DNA of 61,889 nt, filler included, from Globobulimina sp. (lineage: Eukaryota), in assembly GCA_003354225.1 (NCBI GenBank). It is 20 parts of 20 records of this genome, joined end to end, with 100 filler letters (N's around TTAATTAATTAA, not from the genome) between each part and the next. Parts side by side here need not be neighbours in the genome. Positions count along the whole stretch, not along the records: positions 21,710 to 24,709 come from PIVH01004076.1; positions 24,810 to 27,809 come from PIVH01004077.1; positions 27,910 to 30,909 come from PIVH01004078.1; positions 31,010 to 34,009 come from PIVH01004079.1; 16 more parts are not named here. One strand, written 5' to 3'. Below, in pieces: positions 22,040 to 31,225 of the stretch (within the stretch, counting starts at the first letter, position 1; the number at the start of each line of letters is the position of its first letter). The notes under the pieces are model-generated. The model was not told the origin of the DNA. It was given only the letters and a program-made list of their open reading frames with translations, and did not search any database. A program made the translations under genes and the position numbers.

Positions 22040-24098
22040 ATGAACATTTCCGGTCGTTATCGCTCAAAAACTCCGCCTCCTCAATCTTCCATTAAATACA
22101 AGGAATATAGAAAAAGGAAACGCGAATTCCCCAAATCTATATTCAACAAAACCGAGTTAGATTCATTACCATTCATTGTACGTACCATTGGCCATAAAGG
22201 CCGTAATTATACATTGGATAATCCATCGATTAGTATTTGGACAAAAAACCTGAAGCGCTCAAAAACCGCCTTCAAAAAACGTTTATCTTCGCATTTTAAT
22301 AAATTATACAAAAACGATAAACGAGATTCGGAGTCCGAACTAAAAAATGCTTACAAATATTTAGATATTAATTTTAATCAACATATTAATAATAAAATTA
22401 GAAAATCCTTTTTTAACAAAAAGTATTTCATTGAAAGGCAAAATTCAACGCAAGCAGTTCGAGGAATTTTGCAAGAAATCAAAAACAACAAATTTACGAT
22501 TATCGAATCAGACAAAAAGATGGGATCCGTTTATATCGATGTTTGTGTCCTCGATTCCGAGGTAGTGAAGTTTTTAAATGGCAAACAATTTGAAGTTGTA
22601 TATGCCTCCGACATTTTGGTGGCGCGTAAAGTCGCAAAATTAGTCAGAATACTCACATTCAAACACGTTAATTATTTCCGCGAGACTTGGCAAAATAACC
22701 ACATCTACAGAGACTGGCAAAAAATTGAGAGTGACGCCAAGATTTTGCCTCTCCCGAAACTAAGACCGATGATGAAATTACACAAAGTTGGCTGGCGATT
22801 TATATTTAATCCCGGCAATTTTTACACAATTTTTATCTCAGTGTATACCGGAAACGTTTTAGATGAGATTTTAATGTGTTATCAAGAGAAAAATAAGCAA
22901 TTTATTGTATTGAACAATTCATTTGAAGTCATAAATAATTACAAAATCATCAACAATGCAAATCATCCATTTACAAATACAGATAGATATAGTTTTGACT
23001 CAGACGTAGTCGCATTGTATGATTCCATGATTCTGGATCAATGCATAGAAATTCTGCAATATATTCAGGATGATTTGAAGTATAATCATTTTAAATACCA
23101 TTTTTTGATCGACAGTCTGTATTTTTTTTCGCGATAATACTTATATTAAATACAAAGACTGGTCGCGTCGAATGATAATTGGTATTGGAACAGGTACATC
23201 GCATTCGGGTCCATTAGCAAATTTAGTTTTATATGGATACGAAATCAAGAATTTAAATATCTTTTTGCACTCAATCAAAATCAACATTTATTGTGATATT
23301 CCATTAAGGAAACGGTACATCGATGATCTTAAAACGATTATCGATGTCGATGATGATCGATTTAATGATGAAATTGAGAAATTAGGATATTTAGAGTCTA
23401 TATCAACGGCTTTAAACGACATTTATCCCAAAAACCTTGTTTTAAAAACAAAATTCGCGAAAAGATCAATATTTTTAGACATGAAAACGATTATTTGTCA
23501 CCAAACGAACACAATCGTGTCGTTTATGCATGAAAAGCCATTAAATTTGCACATTAATTTGCATTTCAACTCAAACAATCCATTCAATCAAAAAGAATGC
23601 ATATTCTTTTCATTTTTATTTAGATCCATTTGTTTGAATGATCACGAATTAAAACACAAGTCATTTACAAAAAAACTAATCAAAAGAATGTTAAACCGCG
23701 ATTTTCCGGCTGTGGTAATCAGGAAAATCCTCAAAAATCGCAAATTACCTCAATATATAAACCGCGACAAATATTTGAATAAATTGGAAACTAATCGCCT
23801 TGAAAAATATTATCGCAAATTTATTAAGGTTTATAATGAAAATATTTGGGGCGACGACAGATTTTTAGATGAAGAAGAATTAAATTCATTAATTAATAAA
23901 TATGACAATGAAGAAGAGAGTGATGACATAAAAACGATTTATTTCAAGAAAGTATATCAACAGTTATTCGATGATGATAATCGATTTAGAGAAATATTAA
24001 GACAATTTAAGAGCATATTACCTATTGATTTTGCAGAGAATATTAAACTATCTCTTTGCAATAAAACTGATGATAAACTCATGAGATATTTAAATTAA
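22040..24098 (+). CDS. Penelope-like reverse transcriptase, about 685 aa after correcting one +1 frameshift in the T8 run 23122-23129
   Basis: IFNKTELDSLP..IGHKGRNY (PLE N-terminal motif), IIESDKKMG, KLHKVGWRFI, DSDVVALYDS (motif A), DNTYIKY..GIGTGTSHSGPLANL (B), RYIDD (C), FLDM (E), EKPLNLHINLHFNSNNP..K (thumb) and NRDFP. The ORF ends KLMRYLN* with no endonuclease. Confidence 0.9.
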
Positions 24099-24399
24099 AT
24101 CTTTTGTGTTTGTTTTATATGTTTTTTACCTATTTAATTCTCGTAATTTTTTCTATGTATAGATACTTTGTAAAATTTATATTTTTGTATTTTTTATATT
24201 GTTTTTTATGAGAAAATGCGCATTCGTTTTACTTTATTTTTCCAATTTTTTATCTTTTGTTTTTGTTACTTTGTGTTTGTCAAATTTTGTATATTCGTTT
24301 GTGTTTTTATTTTTGTTTCACAGAAAGTGGAACTGACTCAAAGTTTTTCTGACATTTTATCAAGAAACTTTAAGTTTTTCCTTTCACCTTAGTTTATAA

Positions 24400-24437
24400 A
24401 GTGTGAATCAGTCCTTTTGTGGACGAAACTAGTCACT
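24400..24437 (+). ncRNA. Non-canonical minimal type I hammerhead ribozyme (predicted cleavage after C24434)
   Basis: AGU / GUGAAUCA / GUCC-UUUUGU-GGAC / GAAA / CUAG-UC / ACU. Stems I and II, GAAA, the palindromic ACUAGU stem III and the GUC site are all present. The core differs from CUGANGA. Confidence 0.7.
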
Positions 24438-24488
24438 AATTTAATTTAACAATTGTTTTATTATTCCGTTGAAGAGTGAATCTCGTCT

Positions 24489-24707
24489 CTAAGCATATTG
24501 TTTAGAATCACGCTCCCCCCCATCATCATTTTCAGCATTGTCAATCTCATCTTGTGAATGAGATAAATTTAAGTTTACAATATTATTGGATTTATTTAAT
24601 AATAACAGGTCTAAATAATTAATATAATCAAATTCTGTGATTAAATTATATTTTTTGAATTCGGATTTATATTTAACTTCTCTTAATTGTTTGAAATCTT
24701 TGTTAGA
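24489..24707 (-). CDS. C-terminal fragment of a convergent ORF (not in the ORF track)
   Basis: 72 open codons from the contig edge: SNKDFKQLREVKYKSEFKKYNLITEFDYINYLDLLLLNK...DSKQYA*. Confidence 0.45.
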   Translation of the reverse strand, partial: SNKDFKQLREVKYKSEFKKYNLITEFDYINYLDLLLLNKSNNIVNLNLSHSQDEIDNAENDDGGERDSKQYA

Positions 24708-24935
24708 GANNNNNNNNNNNNNNNNNNNNNNNNNNNNNNNNNNNNNNNNNNNNTTAATTAATTAANNNNNNNNNNNNNNNNNNNNNNNNNNNNNNNNNNN
24801 NNNNNNNNNTGCTGGCAAGCAATCCCTTAGACTTAAGTAGACATTAAATGTAACGGTCTCGAAAATTTGTTAGTTGGACAGTCTCTAATGGTGTTATCGA
24901 TCGATCTGAATATTAGTTTAAATAAACAATGGCAG

Positions 24936-25727
24936 TTACGAATAAAACGAGTGTATTTGGCGATCAATATCGTACTTTGCATGAACAATATTATCCAAAT
25001 CATTCCACCATTTATTTACTAACCCACTGTTATATAATATTTTAAACCATGGTGATATGAATACATTTGTATTATTTATCATTTCATCCAATTGATTCGG
25101 AGTACAATATTGAATATCACGCACTTCATTTTCATTGATATTATTTAATGTTATATCTTTTCTTATAATTAAAATATAATCTAATTCATGTTCAGTCCAT
25201 TTAATATCATCACACAATGCTTTGTATAATATCCTTGTCATAAAATTAAAATCTTGTATATTTTTGATTTCATTGAACGGAATTCCGAGTTCAATATTTA
25301 ATCGATTTATTGCTGCATTTTTGACGCCGTCAATTTTAATTTCTAATATATTGTCATTGTTTAATTCACAATGTTCATCTATAAATAATGGATGTGAACA
25401 ACATGTATTTGTCCAATAATTTGGAAATGTTATTTTATGGCTGGCTCTCTGTTGCATTAATAATCTGTTTTCTGAATCAAATAATAATACACTAAATGCA
25501 CGATGTAGCAATTCATTCGTTGATAAATGACATTCTTTTTTTGATGCATTTCCAATTATATTGTCTTCTTTATCCACCAAAATACATTTATCATTTAACA
25601 TTAATTCAATTTGTTTTGTATCATACTCATTAAAGTTTCTTTTCAATGATGAACATACTGACGCGGATCTTGATGCTGACCTGGAAATCGAATTTAAGAT
25701 ACTATTACACCCTTTGAAAAGCGCCAT
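24936..25727 (-). CDS. IDI1: Isopentenyl-diphosphate delta-isomerase type 1
   Basis: CILVD..D..IG..SKKECH, LLHRAFSVLLF, QQRASHKITFPNYWTNTCCSHP, WTEHELDY, NENEV, SPWF. First ATG at 25727. Confidence 0.96.
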   Translation of the reverse strand: MALFKGCNSILNSISRSASRSASVCSSLKRNFNEYDTKQIELMLNDKCILVDKEDNIIGNASKKECHLSTNELLHRAFSVLLFDSENRLLMQQRASHKITFPNYWTNTCCSHPLFIDEHCELNNDNILEIKIDGVKNAAINRLNIELGIPFNEIKNIQDFNFMTRILYKALCDDIKWTEHELDYILIIRKDITLNNINENEVRDIQYCTPNQLDEMINNTNVFISPWFKILYNSGLVNKWWNDLDNIVHAKYDIDRQIHSFYS

Positions 25728-25783
25728 CAACCACCACAATGTTAAACAGTTTTTGTGGTTTTTTTTTAAACTTAACTAGAAAC

Positions 25784-26353
25784 ATGGCAGAAGAAGAAAA
25801 GGAGGAGAAAGCAAAACCAGAAAAGAGAAAGAAAAGATGTTGGGATGAAGAGACAAGAGAGAAATATCAGGATGAAATGGAGGTAAATGTTGACTATCTA
25901 GATTTGCATTTATATTTATGCTATAAATAAATGTAATTGCTTTAATGTTATTTAGGAGATTATAGTTGATATGATTGGAAGCCATAGATTGGATTCAGAA
26001 GAAATTGAAAAATTTGTTGATGAAATTGTTGACATCGCCAATAAGAAACTAAAACAAGCGCGAGTCAGAAAATATGTGTATTGGACCACTGTATTTGTAA
26101 TGTCCACCACAAACAAACATAAATCACAACGAGGTTATTGCATTCATTTCGTTTGAAAATGCTTTTTCTTGCAAAAAACAAATAAAAAACAGGAATGCAT
26201 TGGGAAGATAGATATGACCATGCAATATGTGTTCAAGGTTTGTTCATCTTACATAAATAATATATATATTTCACTACAATTGAATATTTAGCGAAAAACG
26301 AAAAGATCAGAGTTCTTCTCACCTCATTTTTATGCAGTTTGAATGTATTTTGA
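25784..26353 (+). CDS. Small multi-exon gene, probably Tctex-1 dynein light chain-like
   Basis: Exon pieces EIIVDMIG..IVDIANKKLK..RKYVY, HWEDRYDHAICVQ and KNEKIRVLLTSF fit the Tctex-1 layout. Splice sites not all resolved. Confidence 0.45.
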
Positions 26354-26471
26354 ATTGACTATGTAAAATGTATTTAAATTGTTTTAATGAAATTCTGATT
26401 ATCCTTGCACAGCACAAAAGTTTTCATGTTTTTCTATCTCTGCTTCAGTTCAGTTCGAATATACATAAACA

Positions 26472-27809
26472 ATGAACAGGAATCGTGGACATGATCGGGT
26501 TGTATATTATTATGATTCAGAAGTTGGTAACTTCCACTATGGTCCAGGACATCCAATGAAACCATTTCGTATTGCTTTAACTCATGATTTAGTAACAAAT
26601 TATAATTTATATCGTTCAATGAGTGTGTATCGGCCTCGTCTAATAACAGCCAAACAAATGACAACATTTCATTCAGAAGAATATATTTCATTTTTATCGT
26701 CCATAAATCCGGACAATTATTTCCACAAAAAATATAAATTCAATTTAGAACAATTTACATTAGGGCCAAAATCTGATTGTCCAATATTTGATGGAATGTT
26801 TGAATTTTGTCGCCGATCTGTTGGTGGCTCCATTGATGGCGCCTTAAGACTATGCTACAATTATTGTGATACGGCCATTAATTGGAGCGGAGGCTTTCAT
26901 CATGCAAAAAAATCTGAATCTTCTGGCTTTTGTTACGTCAATGACATTGTATTAGCAATCATTGAATTATTGAAGTTAAGTTAATGTCTATTATCCTTGC
27001 ACTCACTCACTTGAGTCACTTCACATATTATTGCTTTTAACAAACATAGACATTATCAGCGTGTATTATACATTGATATCGATGTGCATCATGGTGATGG
27101 AGTGGAGGAGGCCTTTTATGGCACAAATCGAGTGCTATCATTCTCTTTGCATAAATATGGCGATAATTTCTTTCCAGGAACCGGTTTTTATAAAGATATT
27201 GGAATATCAAACGGCAAATATCATTCCATCAATTTCCCATTCAATGACGGTATTGATGATGATGGATATTTTCGAGTGTACAAGAAAATAATTGATAATA
27301 TCTTTGATAGGTTTAAGCCGAATGTGGTTGTCTTGCAATGTGGCGCGGATTCATTGGCCAGAGATAGAATCGGAGTGTTTAATATATCCACAAAAGGACA
27401 TGGCCGCATTGTGGAATATATGAAGAATAAATATAACCATAATGGTAGTAACCATGTACCAATGTTGGTTATTGGTGGCGGTGGATATAATATTAAAAAT
27501 GTGGCGAGGTTGTGGTGCTATGAAACCTCACTATTATGCAATAAAAGCATATCAAATACTATTCCATATACGCAACATATGAATTATTATAAACCTCATT
27601 TTAAATTACATATTGAATCCTTGCCTTCGATGATGAATAAAAATTCAAATAAATATTTGGATGAAATGACAAATAGGATATTGCAACAAGTTAAACGTAT
27701 TGAAATTGCACCTTCGATACAGATCGGATCACCGCGTATACCGCATATTTATGGCAATAATAATAATAATGATATCAAGATGATGGGTGACGATGAAGAT
27801 GAGATTGCA
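26472..27809 (+). CDS. Class I histone deacetylase (RPD3/HDAC1-3 family), intron 26975-27049, 3'-partial
   Basis: GHPMKP, DCPIFDG, NWSGGFHHAKK, SGFCYVND, YIDIDVHHGDGVEEAF, FFPGTG, LQCGADSL and GGGGY. Confidence 0.97.
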
Positions 27810-28042
27810 NNNNNNNNNNNNNNNNNNNNNNNNNNNNNNNNNNNNNNNNNNNNTTAATTAATTAANNNNNNNNNNNNNNNNNNNNNNNNNNNNNNNNNNN
27901 NNNNNNNNNTGTTATTGGTTTGGATTAAATTTATTTCATTCGACTTCTTGGAGAAAGCAAACATTGTCCCCTGCTGGAGACTGAAGTGCAACTAAGTAAA
28001 TTTACAAAACAAACAAGTAAATGATAGCACAGCTACAAACCA

Positions 28043-29716
28043 ATGACAATGAGCTGCTACGAAGACGTAGAAGACATAGTCGAGGACGTATTAATCGAAG
28101 AACCAGATTTGCTAATTGTGCGTAAGTGGTTGGTGAAATGGAAACATTCCAATGGTACATATGCGCACAGTTGGGAGCCATACGAAAGTATAGCACATTT
28201 GCCCAAATTTGAACAATATGAAGATGCCAAAAAAACAGGCACATTATCGTCAAACAAAGGGGACACAGTTATTGTTCAACAGTACACAGAGGAGCAATAT
28301 CAACGATTAGTAAAACACGAACAAAGTCAAAGCATATCCTGTGATAAATTATGCGGTGATTCCTGGGGTTATTATGATAATAAGGATAACTACACAAATA
28401 AACAAAAAAATAAAGTAAAAAAATTCAAAAAACTATTTGATATCGACAATGATAATGACAATGATGAGGATTTTGATATATTGGATGAAATACAAAATAT
28501 CCGTAAAATTCGACAGTGCCAGAAACGATGCAAAACATTTAATAAATCCGAGGCCGCAGTTGTAGTAAAAACAAAGTATCATAAAAAAACTACAAAAAAA
28601 TCAAGAAAAAAGCTAAGATTATGTGATAAAACAGCAACAAACGTAGCAACTGCACCAAAACAACCACCAAAACCACCACCACCTCCACAGAAACCAGAAG
28701 TGGATGATATTGAAAAAAAAGAAATTATGAAATTAAAACGTAAAATAAAAGTATTGGAAAATAAATTGGAGTCTAAGAGACTTAAAAATGGACAAAAATC
28801 GACGTTAGAATTAATACCCAAAAAAATAAAAAAAAAACCAACGTTGGAATTAATACCTAAGAAAATTAAAATTCATAAAATTTGTGCAAGGAATTTACCG
28901 GTAAATAAAATGCGAAATAATAAATATGAATATAATCGGTATAATGAAACAAAAACAAACAGAGATGAATCAATGTCGACATCGTCGTTGGCATTAATAT
29001 CGAGAATGAAAAGCAATAATATTAATACGGACAATATCGATAATAATAAATGCAATGAAACAAAAACGAACAGTGAAGAATCGACAGTCAAATTAATTCC
29101 AATGAAAAGGAACAGAGATATAGAAAAATTGGATGCAGATAATGGAGCTAACAATGTCAATGGATATGATAATTATACCATTTATGAAAAGAAAAACGTT
29201 TGGAATAAACATGGACAGCAAGTGCATAATTACAATAATTATGGTTATAACGCGTACGATAATAATAACAATTACTTCGGTAATGAGACAGAGTACTATG
29301 ACTACAATAATTATAATAATAGTAATTATAATGGCTATGACAATTATTTTAATAATCCTCCAAAAAAAAGGAGATTGAATACAAGTTATACAATGCATGG
29401 AAATATTGGATATGGTAATAATTATAAGCCACAACAGAATATTCCAATGGATTCATATGAAGCAAATCAGCGAAGCATTTGTGTTAAATCAATTCCACCA
29501 AACTACATTCGGCGTAGTTTTAGGGCAGAGATTGAGGATAAATATAATGTTAAAATTATAAAATGCGATGCTTTAAGTACAGATATTCCACCATTTTTAA
29601 TGTGCAACAGATTGGAATTACAAACAATTCAAAGTCGAAATAAATTACTAAAATTATGTAAGGAATCTAAGTTATCTTTACGTAATGATTTTATATCTGC
29701 CACTCAATATATTTAA
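28043..29716 (+). CDS. Chromodomain protein with Asn/Tyr-rich region and possible C-terminal RRM-like domain
   Basis: WLVKWK....AHSWEPYESI chromo motif; RSICVKSIP resembles RNP2. Confidence 0.65.
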   Translation: MTMSCYEDVEDIVEDVLIEEPDLLIVRKWLVKWKHSNGTYAHSWEPYESIAHLPKFEQYEDAKKTGTLSSNKGDTVIVQQYTEEQYQRLVKHEQSQSISCDKLCGDSWGYYDNKDNYTNKQKNKVKKFKKLFDIDNDNDNDEDFDILDEIQNIRKIRQCQKRCKTFNKSEAAVVVKTKYHKKTTKKSRKKLRLCDKTATNVATAPKQPPKPPPPPQKPEVDDIEKKEIMKLKRKIKVLENKLESKRLKNGQKSTLELIPKKIKKKPTLELIPKKIKIHKICARNLPVNKMRNNKYEYNRYNETKTNRDESMSTSSLALISRMKSNNINTDNIDNNKCNETKTNSEESTVKLIPMKRNRDIEKLDADNGANNVNGYDNYTIYEKKNVWNKHGQQVHNYNNYGYNAYDNNNNYFGNETEYYDYNNYNNSNYNGYDNYFNNPPKKRRLNTSYTMHGNIGYGNNYKPQQNIPMDSYEANQRSICVKSIPPNYIRRSFRAEIEDKYNVKIIKCDALSTDIPPFLMCNRLELQTIQSRNKLLKLCKESKLSLRNDFISATQYI

Positions 29717-29817
29717 CATGACTTTTCCTTTCAATGTTATAACGGCTAATAAATCAAACTGATTTTATAATTTCCCAACATTATTTTAGAAGTTTTGCAA
29801 TAGTTTTCTGTAAAACC

Positions 29818-30909
29818 ATGGCAGAAGACGACAAAACGCAATCTAAAAAGCTACAAGGGCTATTTACTAAATTAGTGCGACATCCATCAGCTTTGCTAAC
29901 CTTCAATAAAAAAGACAACAACGAAACTGCAGATATGAAAGATGATAATATTCAACAAAACGAACAAAAAAGTACTGACATTGATATGGATGAATTATTA
30001 CTAGAATTTATTGAAGTAATGGATCATGTTTATGGCAAATACAAAGTCACGCAAACTGATGATAGCAAAAGCGAACAACTATGGAAACCAAGAGCTTATA
30101 AAAAAGCACAACCACGATATTTATGGACAGGTATTATTCGCATAATATATAAATACATACATATTTATATCCCATTAATCATTCAGATGCATTTGGTGTA
30201 GTGAATTATTTGACGCTGTACAGTTATACTGACGATGAGCAATATTTGCAGCAGGCCTTAATTTTAGTGAACGAGGTACATAATGTATTGGGCAAAACAC
30301 GTGACGGAAAGCGACGGATTGGGAACGCCAGCGAGCAACATCCGGTATTAAATGGACTCAGAATCGGAAAAACAGAGAACGAGTCCGGTACTATGAGCGG
30401 TGATGGACAATATTTCCATTATAACACCAAATGGCTATTTGCCTTGAACCGCTTATCATTAATTACCGGCGACCCAAAATATAATAAATGGGCCATTGAA
30501 ATGGCACAAAACATATTTTCGAAATTCGTTGACTATGAAAGCAACAAAAAGAGACCAAGAATGTATTGGAAATTATCCATCGATTTGGATAAAATATTGG
30601 TAGATAGCGAAGGGAATTTGGATCCTTTGGATGGATATATTACATATAAATTGTTACAGGAATTGGATGCGGAAAATGGTGCTTCCAATGTATTACAGAA
30701 AGAAATATCTATCTTTCGACAAATGGTGGACAGAAAGGTGCCATATTATAACAGCAATGATACATTGGATTTGGGTGAAGCGTGTTGGATCGCGCATTGG
30801 TTTTTGAATCAGGAAGAATGGGCACAAAGCATTGCAATTAAAAGTTTGAAAAATTTGAATAAATTGGATGAAAGAGGCGAATTTGAATCTAGTTCGTATT
30901 ATCGATTGG
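29818..30909 (+). CDS. Conserved uncharacterised protein (RYLWTDAF/GLRIGK/DGQYFHY family), intron 30131-30186, 3'-partial
   Basis: Spliced PRYLWTDAFGVVNYLTL, VHNVLGKTRDG, GLRIGK, DGQYFHYNTKWLFAL, RMYWKLSIDL and SEGNLDPLDG. I recall this family from fungi and prokaryotes. Confidence 0.75.
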
Positions 30910-31225
30910 NNNNNNNNNNNNNNNNNNNNNNNNNNNNNNNNNNNNNNNNNNNNTTAATTAATTAANNNNNNNNNNNNNNNNNNNNNNNNNNNNNNNNNNN
31001 NNNNNNNNNCACACATACTGTTGTATAAACAGACCATTTGAGTAGTTGTATATTTAGCCATGTCCTGTATTTTCTCTTTTTTTGGGTCATTTGTCTCAAA
31101 ATAGTCCATTGTGTTTTGGTATCAATTTGTTTTTTCAGGAAATTTCCAATTATAGTGTCAAAATCAGTGCCATTCAGTAGACATTAAATTAACTTTTTTT
31201 TTTCTTATTTAACTAACCATTTTAA

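Larger units (their letters stand above)
21710..24440 (+). mobile_element. Endonuclease-deficient Penelope-like retroelement (Athena/Coprina-type architecture), 5'-truncated
   Basis: PLE-type RT with no GIY-YIG domain, an upstream basic ORF, a U-rich 3' UTR and a minimal hammerhead motif. The 3' boundary is approximate. Confidence 0.85.

Noticed and set aside
22040-24098. RT as a retron, group II intron, DGR or telomerase
   Set aside because: Motifs (DK, KLHK, KP..LHFNSNNP thumb) are PLE-type. I saw no msr/msd, TR/VR pair, maturase X domain or TERT T motif.
24435-24709. Telomeric repeats adjoining the PLE
   Set aside because: No tandem TTAGGG/CCCTAA-like repeats are visible in this contig, so telomere targeting is unshown.
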